A stretch of 63,981 bases of DNA, counting the filler, from Piptocephalis cylindrospora (taxonomy: Eukaryota): the NCBI GenBank assembly GCA_003614145.1. It is 7 parts of 7 records of this genome, joined end to end, with 100 filler letters (N's around TTAATTAATTAA, not from the genome) between each part and the next. Parts side by side here need not be neighbours in the genome. Positions count along the whole stretch, not along the records: positions 9,425 to 18,737 come from KZ988092.1; positions 18,838 to 28,137 come from KZ988093.1; 5 more parts are not named here. One strand, 5' to 3'. Both the position numbers and the translations under genes were made by a program. This document shows, one piece after another, positions 12,706 to 25,305 of this stretch (the stretch's first letter is position 1; each line of letters opens with the position of its first letter). The notes beneath the pieces are model-generated. The model had not been told where the DNA came from and made no database searches. It was given only the letters and a program-made list of their open reading frames with translations.

Positions 12706-14184
12706 ATGCTCTCCAGGTCACGTCTTCTCCTTGGTCTGGCCAAGCAAGGCCAGCTGGCGCAACATGTCCCAGTTAAAGCCGGGCTCGTTTCACCCCAAGC
12801 CTTTTCCACAATGATGGGTAAGTGAGGGTTGGCTCCCGTACTCGTTCCATCCCATTCTCATCTCGTCACATCCCCAATAGCCATGCGGCAACAAAAGGCC
12901 TTTTCAAAGAAACAGACCGGTCCTCCCAAGGAAGGAAGAGGTGCCTCAGCCTCGAGCTCGATAGTTCCCCTGGAACAGAGGCGCCAGGCTCTGGTGGATA
13001 GCTTTTCCCCGCAAACTCTGCCTGTCCTCACCTCAGCAACTTGTACCAAGGAGTCGATGGGGAAAATTTATCGGATTTCCGAGGATTATTTGGAACGTCT
13101 GGGCCGTCAGGGTCTTCCTACATATGTGGAGCGCGATGTAAGGTCCACTTTATTATTTTTACCATTTCTCCCGTTCACCTCTCATCTACCCCCTTCTCAG
13201 TGGCAACACACGGTGGAAGATTCCTTCCTCATCCGGGAACCTACCATCCAACTGAACCAAGCCCTCTCTGATATCTCCTCTGACAAGGGTCCCAGTCGAC
13301 TTGTTCTCGGTAGGTGATCAAGTGAAGGGTTAATTCTACCCTTTTTGACTCACCTCCCTCCCCCAGATGGAGAGCAAGGAGTGGGTAAGAGCATGACGCT
13401 ACTTCAGGCTGTGCATTTGGCTCTAGCAAAGAACAACATTGTTTTTTATCTTCCAAGCACCCTGGATTGGACTTCCTCCAGACATCCTTTCATCCCCATC
13501 CAAAAGTCTACCGTATCCTCCGATGCCAAGGACACCATCTTTGCCCAGCCCACCCTCACAGCTGCCCTTCTTGATCAATTCATTGCCCTGAACCCCACTT
13601 CTCTCAAGGGCCTCACCCTCGCCAAGGACCTCACCATCTCCTCCACCTCCGACGCGGCCAACTACCCCGATGTCCCAGTCAAGAAAGGATCCTCCCTGGT
13701 CGATCTCATTGACTTGGCCACCCGCCCTGATGGCTCCCCCTATGCCACTCAAGTGCTGGAGGCCTTGGTGGAGGAGTTAGCGGCCCAAACATCTAAAGAT
13801 CTCCTCATCGCCGTGGATCAAGTCAATGGCTTGTATACCCCCACGGACTACCGGGATACTGAGGGTAAGCGTTTGGATCCCACACGTCTTCAGACCCTAG
13901 CCATCCTTCGAGGTCTGTTGGACGGGAAGAGAAGTCTGAAGCGTGGTCTCATCCTCTCCGCCATGACTCGTCTGGATGCCCGGTATGGCCAGGCGGGCCC
14001 TCAATCCCCTACTCTCCCCATCTCCGCTTATACCCAAGAGGAGGCTATGGCCCTGGCTGACTACTATGCCAGCACCGGAGTTTTTTCCCCCTCCGGTTCC
14101 ACCTCCCGGGTTCGCCTGGCCAAGTACGTGGCCACCAGCGGCAATCCCCGTCGCTTCTTCAACTCTTGCTTGGCCCTCTTTTAG
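12706..14184 (+). CDS. RSM23: Mitochondrial small-subunit ribosomal protein mS29 (DAP3)
   Basis: Presequence-like MLSRSRLLLG, FLIRE, P-loop DGEQGVGKS, LIAVDQVNGLY and C-terminal SGNPR. Three introns. Confidence 0.88.
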
Positions 14185-14670
14185 TCATCATCATCGTGGT
14201 GAGGTGAACGGTAGAAATGAAAGATACAGTGGATTCAAGATAAACAAAAAGGAGCAGAAAGAGGATGACAAAGGGAGTGTTGTTAGAGTAGACCAAACCA
14301 TCCTCAGATTCATTGTCTCTTAATCTCCCAACCCAATACTCTCCCATCCCGATCGGTATGACCTTAGTCCTCCTCCCCCAGCGACACATAAAGCACGGCA
14401 ACACCATCAAAAGTAGGCAAGATGTGCACATCATCAAGACACTATCTCTGCCCCTCCCCATTCTCGTCTTTCATTAGTGTTGGGGGGAGGGAAATAAAAG
14501 GTAGTAAGCTATTCAAGGGCAAGATGGGCAAAAGTCGGACGGTTATCCCACTACTTTTTCCCAAAGATCTTCTTTCCTCCTCCACTCCTAAAGATATCGG
14601 AAGGATAGGGTCAGTGGCCGCATACTTTGAATATCTACCTCATCCCTCGTTCCAAGGCAGCCAAGAAGAC

Positions 14671-16307
14671 TTACAGCATATTCCGGTTGCCAAGCAGGGC
14701 ATCTACCTCTCTTTCCTCCATCTCCAGTTGCCTTCGCTCCTCCTCCAGCTCGCGCATCCACTGCTCCCGCTTGCCCACCAGAGTTTCCTCCCGCTCCCGG
14801 AGAAGTACCTCCTTTTCGCGAACACGGTTGACGAACATGAGGCGGATTTCCTCCTCTTTGCGTGTCATCTCCTCCTTGAGGCTTTGCTTAGTGGCCTCGA
14901 CCCGAGTCTCGTACGCCTCATCACAGGCCAGGATGGATTCACGGCGTCCGTTGGACCGGAGCTGCTGGGCACGGTAAGCAGCATAGTGGAAGGTGTGGGT
15001 GGTCTCGAGGAGGTCAGCAAGGCACGTGTCCATAATCATCCGACGGAGATGGATAAAGTCGCAGTGCTCCTCATTGTCTACCGTCACCACGCCCCACCGG
15101 TACGTCCGGCCCCGGGTCATACGGCCTCCTTCTACTTGGACGATCCGATCACTGCCGATAACGGTGAAGGGAAAGTAGGGTTCAAGGTCCGCGTACTGCC
15201 CCCGTTCATCAGAGATGCCCGAGGGGTAAAAGGGGACCTGATGGTACTGGAGATCACGGAGGATGCTCTGCTTAAATCCTACCTTCTCCTCCGGGGTTAA
15301 TGTATCCGCCTTGGCGATCACCGGGATGACATTGACCTTCCCGGCCAGGGTGCGCAAGGAGAGGATATCCAGTTCCTTGAGGGAGTGTCCGGTGGGGGGG
15401 ATGAAATAGAGCAGAGTGTGGACCCGAGTGTCAGGAATGGCCTTGCGGTACTCGGAGGACCTTTCAGCCTGAAGATAGGCATCAAATTGGGCATCAATAT
15501 ACTGGACGATGGGCTGAAGATTCTCCTCCCGGTTCAATTGGTCCCCAAATCCGGGGGTGTCAATGACAGTGAGTTGGAGAGTGACGCCATCCTCAACCAG
15601 CTCTATTGAAGGGAAAGGGGAGGATGGTTATGGAAGATGAGTATGAAGAGGCAATGTTTACACAGACACAAATACTCACCGTAATATTTGGGCTCAATAT
15701 GGACAGTCTTGGTGTCCTGGGGGTTCTCTGGGGTGATTTCCTCAGTGAGATCAGTATTGAAGAGTGTGTTGAGAAAAGTAGTCTTTCCCAAGCCAGTTTC
15801 ACCTGATTGAGGATGGGGATGAGTAAATAGAGTATAATAAGACAGGGAACTCCTAGTGAGGAGGAAAGAACACTCACCGACCACCATGACATTGAGCACA
15901 AACGGCTTTCGCCGAGTCTTATCACATGTCTGCTTGGGCAAGGCCTCAATACCCAATGGAGCTGTCAATTTGACATCCTCTGCTTGAGGCAACTTCCAGG
16001 GACCAGGGTCAGGAAAGCGTCCTCTAGAGCAGGCAGGTAGGCGAACATGAGTGATTTTAGACCATTGTGATAGCTAAAGGCAAGGATCAGCTATGGATGA
16101 GAACTTACTTGTGCTGCAGTGCATATTCCTATAGGCATTTCATAGAGGGGGATAAGTAGATGAGTACAGAGGAAGGGTAACGTCCAGTGTTTCAGCCGAA
16201 GAAATGCTTTCTAGCAAGGCTCCCAGTATACTCTAAGTACTCTAGCAAACCACATTATATCTGCGATCCTCTGCCATTTCCTAGTATTATCCACTTACCA
16301 GAGGCAT
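14671..16307 (-). CDS. Septin
   Basis: NVMVVGETGLGKTTFLNTLF, DTPGFGD, RVHTLLYFI, PVIAKAD, GRTYRWG, EHCDF and a C-terminal coiled coil. The 5' micro-exons 16307-16299 and 16128-16109 give a continuous frame. Confidence 0.93.
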
Positions 16308-16731
16308 GGTGAAGGTACGAAGGAGAGGAGTAGACTAGGTAGAAGTTAGGAGAGTACGGAGGAAGATGAGGAAGGAAGGAAGGAGGGGTAGAGAAGGAAA
16401 GCAGAGAAGGAAGGAAGGGAGCGGAACAGGACAATGGATAGGCCAAGACAAACCGGCGGAAGAGGTAGAGTTGTTCAGTGTGTGTGTGCGTGTGTGCGTG
16501 CCCAAATGTGTGGGAGCGGAGCAGGAAGTTGTGTTCGCTGGATGGGGGGGGATTGAAAGTGCTCCTCCCTAGACATCTAGGTTCATGGTCGTGTTGCCTT
16601 AAAAACGGTGAGCAGTAGTAAAGATGGAGGGCCTGATCCCGCCTGATCTCCCTACCCATGCTCATAGAGGGATAGTGATACTGTACTTCTCTGGCCGGTC
16701 ACTATAACCCAAACCTCTAAAACCTACCCCA

Positions 16732-16752
16732 GTGTGTGTGTGTGTGTGTGTG
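16732..16752. repeat. (GT)n microsatellite
   Basis: About 10 GT units. Confidence 0.85.
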
Positions 16753-17155
16753 CGCGGGCATGGTAGATGACAAGGTTATAGCCACAAGCCTCTCAATATG
16801 GCATCTGCTGCATACGAAAGGGAAGCGAGGTGAGCTTCACCCTCGTTGGCAGCACTCGCTTTCCCATGTGCGTAAGTGCAGCCAGTTTTGGGCTTAAAGC
16901 GGGAAGTAAAAGGGATGGAAAAGGGGCCGAAGTGTGAACGCGATGGACCTGGGATGCACCTCCATCAACGAAAGGAAGGAGGCCAAAGGTCGATCTAGAA
17001 CATACATCATGCCCATGGGATGAGCCTGTGAAAAAACTAACCAGGTACCCCCTGCAAGAAGAAGTGAATAAAGCCCTCTTCCTTTTCACATCAGGCCATT
17101 GCAATCCAGCATGATCTATTCTTCCCATCTGTTCCCTTTCTTGATGTGCATCGGT

Positions 17156-17980
17156 TTACGCACGAATCAACTTCTTAATATCCTGAGCACGGCCAGAAAC
17201 ATGAGGAATGAACGTGACATTGGCCGGGAGCTTCTCAGCATGCTCAACGTACCACCGGGCTACCTGATGACCCTCGGGAATGGGCTTCTCAACACGGTCC
17301 AGTACCCGTATCGTCCTATCCGTTACCTCCCAAATCCATCGTGCAACATCACCCGTCGTATGCATCTTACTCAGCACTGCTGCCCCTGGCAAATCCACCA
17401 CTGCCTCCTGACACACCGTCTTTAAGAGCTGATTATGAAAAGGAAGGAATTAGCATGAGAATGGCAGAGAAAGACAACACTAATAAGGATTACCTTAAAC
17501 TTAAATTTGGTATCGTCAAGGGAAATTTGATCCCAAGATGTAGAAGAGGGAGATCTGAGCTCTTTAAGAATGGATTGCGCCCTAACAGCCACTAATGTTT
17601 TGCACTCTTCCCGGCTAGTCATGGTGGGCCTTTGGGGACTAATGTTAAAGAAGGAGTGAGTGACAGATGGATTATCTGGCCAAAGACTGCAATAAAAGAG
17701 GCACGTACCCATCCGCAGAATCGGCGGTAGAAGCAGTGCCGGTCGAACCCTTCTCACCCTCTTCCTCCTCGAAATCCCGAATGGACACAGCTGGGCCCGG
17801 CTTAGAAACAGGGATGGGAGTAGCTTGATTCTTACGACCGGAAAACCGAGAGAACGCCTTGCCAAACATACTTTGGGCCCTTACCCCGGTGGAAAATCCG
17901 CGCTGGGCCGGAAAGGATGGGGCATACCAAAGCCTCTCAAGTGCCTGGGTCCTTGCGATAAAGCGAACCGGGAAAGCCAT
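17156..17980 (-). CDS. Probable mitochondrial large-subunit ribosomal protein mL50
   Basis: Mitochondrial presequence-like N-terminus, WDQISLDDTKFKFK/LLK and C-terminal LPANVTF. Two introns. Confidence 0.6.
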
Positions 17981-18493
17981 GTCGCGTTAATGGGGTTTGA
18001 AAGAGACAAAGAAGGGACAAGAAAAGTGCAATTCTGATAAAGAGACGTGAGGGGAAGTTCTCGGAAGCGTCCTTTTACCTACCTAGCGATTATCAGGTCG
18101 GCAAAAGTAGCGCCCTTGAGGGTGAAGCTGCTGTAGCCAAAAGAATATTAGAGTTTAGTGTTAGTGCACGCCAATGCTCCAGGTATACTAGTCGAGAAAA
18201 GTATGCTCAAATCGCCCCACAATTTATTATTTTATACTCTTTTGATTGGTACGTTTTCGTTGCACACGATAAAGTAATGTCCTAACAATACAAATGCCCA
18301 TCAATGTAGCCTTACCATCTGGACACGCCTCCACAACTGGGGAAAATGAAGCGAAAAAAGGTCCAGTAGGTTTATTTCTTTTTTTCCTTTGGAAAGTAAC
18401 GACCACGATCATAACAGCCACATCAGCCTCCTTCCCTCACCATCTTTCTCTCTCCTCTACCATTTACTCCCTCATACATCCCCCATTCCCCTC

Positions 18494-18693
18494 ATGGCCC
18501 CCTCTGGAACCAGTGTTGAACCCAAGCAGAAGCGAGCGAGACGAAGCAAGGAGCAGGGACAAGAGTCATCTGCTATTCCCTCCGCCTTTGCTAACCCTAC
18601 AACCCTGGTAAACCGTGCTCGACAGTATGAGAAGGGCATTCGAGAAGATCGGAAAAATTTGAACGACTTGGTTCCCCTTCTGGAATTGACCAA
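18494..18693 (+). CDS. First exon of a probable Noc4 (nucleolar complex 4) gene, cut by the contig end
   Basis: Basic N-terminus, then IREDRKNLNDLVPLL resembling the Noc4 N-terminal motif. GTAAGG donor at 18694. Confidence 0.45.
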
Positions 18694-18737
18694 GGTAAGG
18701 GATATCGAGGACCGGAGGAGGGGGGGGGGGGGGGGGG

Positions 18738-18837
18738 NNNNNNNNNNNNNNNNNNNNNNNNNNNNNNNNNNNNNNNNNNNNTTAATTAATTAANNNNNNN
18801 NNNNNNNNNNNNNNNNNNNNNNNNNNNNNNNNNNNNN
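18738..18837. other. Artificial contig linker
   Basis: 44 N + TTAATTAATTAA + 44 N. Confidence 0.98.
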
Positions 18838-19469
18838 AGGCTTATAAGGGAGATGAGGCTGGCAAAAGCAAAATACAGACGGGCTCGGTAGGCTACTGAA
18901 GCTTCCGGAACGGCTGAGTGATCTGATTCCACTGTGCCTAGAAGGATGGCCAAGGGGATTGCTGAGGCAAGGACACCTGCTAGACCCTGTCCCGTCATGA
19001 TGCCCTGAACATAGAGCGAGGGATAATGGGAGGATAGGGCAAAAAAAGCATTTTGTAGGTAGGCCGACGTGGCTGATGTGAGGATAAGCAAGGCCATAGA
19101 GACGGCAAAGGCTGTTACAGGCGGGAGCTTTGGAACAAGAGTGAGAATGAGGAGGATGACAAAGGCGATGACGTTGATGGCAGAGGCTAGTATGATTTGC
19201 TGGTCATAGTTGGCACGGGCCTGTCTGGCCATCGACAGAACTACACACACCAAGCCGGTGAAGAGGGAGGCGAACGTGAAGAAGTTTTGAAAGGTCCAGG
19301 CATACGGAGAGCCTTGGAAGCTTCGGGAAAAGTATTCATTGGCGGTGATAAAGACGTTAAAGGGCAAGAGAGTATGGATGCCCTGGATGACAAAGGAAAA
19401 GTAGGCAGCGAGCCAATAGTCCTTTGGAGGGTGTAAAGGATGTTGCTGAGCGTACCTATACCTGGCCAT
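18838..19469 (-). CDS. Equilibrative nucleoside transporter (ENT/SLC29, Fun26-like), 3' truncated
   Basis: PKDYWLAAYFSF...LLPFNVFITANEYF and YVQGIMTGQGLAGV, with multiple TM helices. Confidence 0.9.
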
Positions 19470-20059
19470 GGTAAGTATCGTAAGGGTAGGGGGGGGGGGG
19501 GGGGGGGGGAAGAGGGAAGGGGGAAGGATGGGGGGGGGGGGAAGGGGATAATGATGAGCCGGGGGGGGGGGGGGGGATCGTGAATAGGGTAAGGGGGAGT
19601 GGAGAGGTGGATTGGCCTCAAAAGGATCCCCAAGCCGAGATAAGAATGGTCTTTTTAAACGATCGGAGTTACAAAAAGAGTAGCTATGGACAAGGTCAAG
19701 TCCGATGCTGAGCAGATTAAAGCCTTTATTGGGACTGTTAAGCGAGCTGGTTTTCTAGAGAGTTACTATCAATTTTATCAAGAAGGAAGAGTGAATGGCT
19801 TTGTAAAGGATTCCTCTAGACGGGTGGTGGTAACTTGGACACTTATGGAGAAGTCAGGTTGCATGGACGAGGGACACGAGATCCTTGGAGGACAGAAAGA
19901 ACTCAGGATCAAGTCATTCCCGACCTCTCCGTGCTCTACCCATCCTTATCGACCATGATGTGCGTGACATAGTAAACAAGAATCACCCCTAAAGGTATCA
20001 TCTTATAGAATTAGTGCAATACTACAAACATGGTATCATGCTCCCAGTCTACCTGGACC

Positions 20060-20793
20060 CTAGGACAGCCTGGGGATCTGTCCAAATGGAATGGAGGTAT
20101 CCTCCTGGTCATCTTTCGCCCGCACCCTTAATTGGGAGGCACGCAGGATCGATGAAGAGGTCCATAGCTTGAGACGAAAAGCGTCCACTCCGTTGAGATA
20201 GTACCGATGAAGTCGTTTATCTCGTGCAAAGCCCAATCGTTCATACAGATGCAATGCACCTCGATTGGTTGTTTCCGTTTCCAGAACAATCTACGATCCA
20301 AGGGGAGGGGGGATGAATAGGAGGAATGCTACACGATTATAGGACCAGAAAAATGCTCACCTCGTCCGCACCAAGACGTCTCATTTCCTCAATAGCTCTC
20401 TCCACCAGCTGAGTACCGATCCCCCGCTTCCTTTGGGTGGTGGACACCGCTAACATGGCAATGTATCCGCGTTGTACGTCTCCGTGCTCAGCCAGACGAC
20501 AGATGATGGTTCCAATACACCCCTCTTCTACATTGGCCTAGCGTCATGTAATGTAACGACACATGAGGATGAGTGAAGGATACGACATATCAGCACCAGA
20601 TGGGGCTGTCACGTACCAGAAAACAAAGGGATGGCCAACTATGAAGAAAGTATCGGTACGTGTAGATGGAATAGGGTTCGGACAAGTCCTTAGCAATCAA
20701 AGCCATGATGGCCGGAAGTTGCTTTTCATCCCTGTACTGTTCGTACTGGATCGGGGCCTGGCTACTTCCTTGGCCCAGATCGGTTGTTGACAT
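20060..20793 (-). CDS. MAK3: NatC catalytic N-alpha-acetyltransferase (Naa30)
   Basis: [47 protein letters not shown] and [15 protein letters not shown]. Two introns. Confidence 0.95.
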
Positions 20794-21037
20794 GTTGATG
20801 TGGGATGAGGAAAAGAGGCAAAGTTATGATGTACAGGCCCAAATGACGGGATTGGGGTGGGCGGCCTTTGCTGTCCCGTGGGCTTGGGTGGCTCTCTCCA
20901 CAGGCGGAGAGTAGCAGCACTGGAAAGGCTTCCTTTCTTGTATGTGTGTCTCGGGTGGGAGAAAGGACCGAGAGACCTTCCCACTCCATCCTATCTCTAG
21001 TCCTATTCCATCCCATCTTTTAATCATCTCATTGCAA

Positions 21038-21981
21038 ATGGTGTCCCCTCCAGGAAACCCTAGGCCCTCGTCCAGCGCTTCCCTCTCTACCTCAAGTACG
21101 CCTAGAGCTTCCGGGATATCCAGGACTCCCTCGCCTCTCGCCTCCTCCCTCTCGTCTGGGTCCTCGTCTGGGTCCTCCTCTGGGTCCTCCTCTGGATCCT
21201 CTTCTGGGTCCTCTTCCGGGTCCTCTTCCGGGTCCTCTTCCGGGTCCTCCTCTAGGCCCTCCGCCCATTCTACGGCCTCTCGTTCGTATATCCCAATGTC
21301 CTCCTCCTCCCCCGTGCTGCCACTTCATAGTACGAGCCCAAATTTATCGACGGACGAGGACGACTCGGGACTGCAGCGACGGTCTCGTCGTGTTCCTAGG
21401 ACCGTGCCCCTGGGCTCTCGGTCCCCCTCGGAGCGAAGGTCCTCGAGCCGAAGTGGGTACGGATCAGATCGGGACGGGGAAAATGTTGTCATGTACCGGG
21501 ATCTCCTGTGGTTCGAGGAGCGCCTTCGATTGCATGCGGCCCGAGTCCATGGTCGGCAACGCGGATACCAGATAGGGATAGCCCTCATCTTTTTACTTCT
21601 TATCTACCTCATCTACCTGATCATGGCTCATCCTCCCATGGATGGGTGGATGGATGGAATGTTCAAGTGTATGATTCCGCTCCTTGTTCTTTCCATCATT
21701 GGTCTTTATTTTTCTCCTGCTATGAGGGAGGCTGAGAGGTAAGCGTATTGACATTGTCTGTATTTGCGGCTGGGAAGGATCATTTGAATTCTCTTCTGAT
21801 CTCTTCATCCCATCATAGATTCGTACCTCAGTGCAACCGAGTCCTTACCACATTCAATATGCGGTTAACGGATGAGGGAGACCGTCTTCAGTTCCATCGA
21901 AGCATTCCTCGAAAGATCCAGGAAGGATTTGGATCCTTTCGACGAGCCTATCGCGCCAAGTTACAAAAGGCTGATCGGTGA
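21038..21981 (+). CDS. SPO7: Spo7-like regulatory subunit of the Nem1-Spo7 phosphatase
   Basis: MYRDLLWFEERLR, two TM helices and RFVPQCNRVLTTFNM. Intron at about 21739-21818. Confidence 0.75.
21151..21255 (+). repeat. 12-bp coding minisatellite encoding (SSSG)n
   Basis: About 8 units of TCCTCNTCYGGG. Confidence 0.9.
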
Positions 21982-22401
21982 GGATGAGACGCGAGGCAGC
22001 GTATAAAGGCTCTATGTATTACAACAAGGGAGGCATTCCCTTTTATAAAAAGAGGATTGGACAGATAGACGGAAAAAATCGTGTTAGGATAAAGCCTTTG
22101 ATGATTTAGGAAGGTGACTTGTTTGCATTCACACGATGATTGGACATAAACATCGATGGCTGGGCTCTCCACTCCTTCCCCTCTAGTTGATCCAGCGGGA
22201 ACTTCCTAGGTAATGTCAAGCGCTATTCAAATTTAACCGAAACTCTACCTGAAATCCGACTGAGTGTCTATTTCATTTTTCAAAACTCAGTCAATCCCTT
22301 CAGATTTTCCCTTATGGCCCAACTCACACCAACTCACCACATTTCAACCATGAAAGAAATCTTCCCTCTTCCTCTTCCTCTTCTCCTTCCCCACTCACAT
22401 C

Positions 22402-24659
22402 ATGTCTATTGACCCAAGTAAGGAAACCCCAGCCGCGCCCTCCCAGGTCACCTCCACGGAGCCCAAGACGGAAAAGCCGCAGAAGCAGGCCAAGGCTGCC
22501 AAGAAGGCCAAGACTGGTGGTGGTGGAGCACTTGCCGCTCTGGAGCACTGCCCCCCACCAGAATACCTCGCTCACCGTATGACCATGTTTGATCGGCTCA
22601 AGGCCGTGGCCGATGCCGAAGCCGCCAACCAAGAGCGCGCCCCCGTCACCATCACCCTTGGAGATGGTAAGACCAAGGAGGCCACGTCCTGGGAGACGAC
22701 TCCTCTTGACATTGCCAAGGGCATCTCCAAGTCTTTGTCTGAGCGCGTTGTCATTGCCAAGGTATGCGTGATTTTTCTTGTTTTTTTATCATGGCTTCAC
22801 CTCCTCACCTCTAAGCCTTCTCCCCCTCTCAGGTCAATGGTGTCCTCTGGGACCTTACCCGGCCCTTCGAGTCCGATGCTACTCTGGAACTCTTGGATTT
22901 CGAGAATGACGAGGGAAAGATGGTGTTTTGGCACTCGAGTGCTCACATGGTGGGCGAAGCATGTGAGAGGCATTACGCGTGCCATCTCTGCATTGGCCCG
23001 CCGATCGAGCAGGGCTTCTACTACGAGATGGGCATGCCCGATGACCGCGCTGTGAGCCAAGCGGATTACGCCAACATCGAGACGCTAGTCAAGTCCATCA
23101 CCAAGGAGAAGCAGCCCTTTGAGCGCCTCGTCATCACCAAGGATGACCTGCTCGAGATGTTCAAGCACAACCCTTACAAGATCCACATCATCCAGGATAA
23201 GATCCCCGATGGGACCTCCACCACCGTGTACCGCTGTGGTCCCCTCATTGATCTGTGCCGCGGTCCCCATGTCCCTCATACTGGACGAGTGAAGGCCCTG
23301 GCCATCATCAAGAACTCGGCGTCTTATTTCCTTGGCGATGCGGCCAACGATTCCCTTCAGCGTATCTATGGTATCTCCTTCCCAGACAACAAGCAACTCA
23401 CCGAGTACAAGCACTTCCTCGCCGAGGCTGCCAAGCGCGATCACCGTAAGATTGGTCGGGAGCAGGAGTTGTTCATGTTCCATGATCTCTCTCCTGGTTC
23501 CTGCTTTTTCCTCCCTCACGGAACGCGAATCCACAATGCCCTGGTGAACTTTATGAAGGAGGAGTACGTGAAGCGCGGTTTCCAGGAGGTCATCTCCCCC
23601 AACTTGTTTAATGCTAAGCTCTGGGAAACTTCGGGTCACTGGGCCAACTACCGGGATGACATGTTTACTTTTGATGCGGAAAAGGAGACTTGGGCCCTCA
23701 AGCCCATGAACTGTCCTGGCCATTGTCTGATCTTTGGTCATCGGGAACGGTCTTACCGAGAGCTTCCCCTGCGTCTTGCTGACTTTGGCGTCCTTCACCG
23801 TAATGAGGCGTCTGGAGCCCTGACGGGCCTGACCCGTGTGCGTCGATTCCAGCAGGATGATGCGCACATCTTTTGCCGTCAAGACCAGATCGAAGAGGAG
23901 ATGCGCGGCTGTCTCGACTTCCTCCAGATGGCGTACGGAGTCTTTGGCCTGGGCTTCCATCTCAAGCTCTCCACCCGGCCCGAAAAGTATCTTGGGGAGC
24001 TGGCGGTGTGGGATGAGGCGGAAAAGAGGTTGGCTCAGGCCCTAGATTCCTTTGGCCATCCCTGGACTGTGGATCCGGGTGATGGGGCCTTCTACGGGCC
24101 CAAGATTGACATTACGATCTCGGATGCCCTGCGTCGGAAGCACCAGTGCGCCACGATTCAGCTGGACTTTCAGCTGCCCGAGCGCTTTAACCTGCAGTAC
24201 CGATCGGCCGATTCTGATCCCAACAACCCCTTCTCCCGGCCCGTCATCATCCATCGTGCCATCCTCGGGAGTGTGGAGAGGCAGATGGCCATCCTCACCG
24301 AGCACTTTGTGGGCAAGTGGCCCTTCTGGCTCTCCCCCCGTCAGGTCATGGTAGTCCCTGTGGCCGCGGCCTTTTATGACTACGCCGACCGGGTTCGCTC
24401 CACCCTTCATGAGGCCGGTCTGTACGTGGATGTGGACAATGGTGAGAACACGCTGAACAAGAAGATTCGTAATGCCGAGATTGCCCAGTACAACTTTATC
24501 CTCGTGGTCGGTCAGGATGAGGAGGAGACCGGGTCCGTCAATGTGCGTAGCCGGGACGATGTCGGGACCAAGGCCAAGGGTCAAACGCAGGCCCTGGATG
24601 ATGTTCTTGGCAAGATGGTTGAGCTAAAGAAGAGCAAGGCCCTCGAGAGTAAGATCTGA
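22402..24659 (+). CDS. THS1: Cytoplasmic threonyl-tRNA synthetase
   Basis: TGS domain, [33 protein letters not shown] and HRAILGS. Intron 22762-22832. Confidence 0.98.
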
Positions 24660-24978
24660 GTATAGGACTGGAGTTGATAAGGATGTGTGAGGGAGAGGAA
24701 GGGAAATAAAGGGGATTAGTCGTCGTTCATTTCCAAGGAGTCAATGAGGATGGTGATGGATGATGATGACGACTGACTGGTTCATACTATTCTCTATCTA
24801 TCCCACCTCGCTTTCTTGGCTACAACAGCAGCAATATCAGCAGTAACAACAAGGAAAAGACAGTAGGATGGGAGATAGGAAATCCATTCCAAAATGACGT
24901 TCGTCATATACTTTTCTACTCGATCTTCTCTCCCTCCAGACACAGGCCGTCCTAAAAGGGGATATTATCTTTATCGCT

Positions 24979-25305
24979 CTAGGCAGTGGCTTCCTTGAGA
25001 TGAGCAACGACGTCAGCCCGGTCCTTGGCCTTCTTGAAGCCGGCAAAGGCCATCTTGGTACCAGGAATGTACTTCTTGGGGTCCTTGAGGTACTCAAAGA
25101 GAGTCTCCTCGTCCCAGGTGACGCCCTTGTCGATGTTGGCGGCGGTGTAGGTGTAGCCCTGGGCCTGACCAGACTTGCGGCCAAAAATACCGTGAAGGTT
25201 AGGACCGACCTTATGGGCGCCACCGCTCTCTAGGGTGTGGCACTGGGCACAACGGGTCTTGAAGAGCTTAGCGCCCTTGGCGGCATCTCCACTGGTGGCG
25301 CTCAT
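24979..25305 (-). CDS. CYC1: Cytochrome c
   Basis: CAQCH heme motif, GPNLHG and [10 protein letters not shown]. 108 aa, intronless. Confidence 0.99.
   Translation of the reverse strand: MSATSGDAAKGAKLFKTRCAQCHTLESGGAHKVGPNLHGIFGRKSGQAQGYTYTAANIDKGVTWDEETLFEYLKDPKKYIPGTKMAFAGFKKAKDRADVVAHLKEATA

Noticed and set aside
16807..16882. SECIS element
   Set aside because: No AUGA/GA quartet with a properly placed apical AA on either strand, and no adjacent in-frame UGA selenoprotein candidate.
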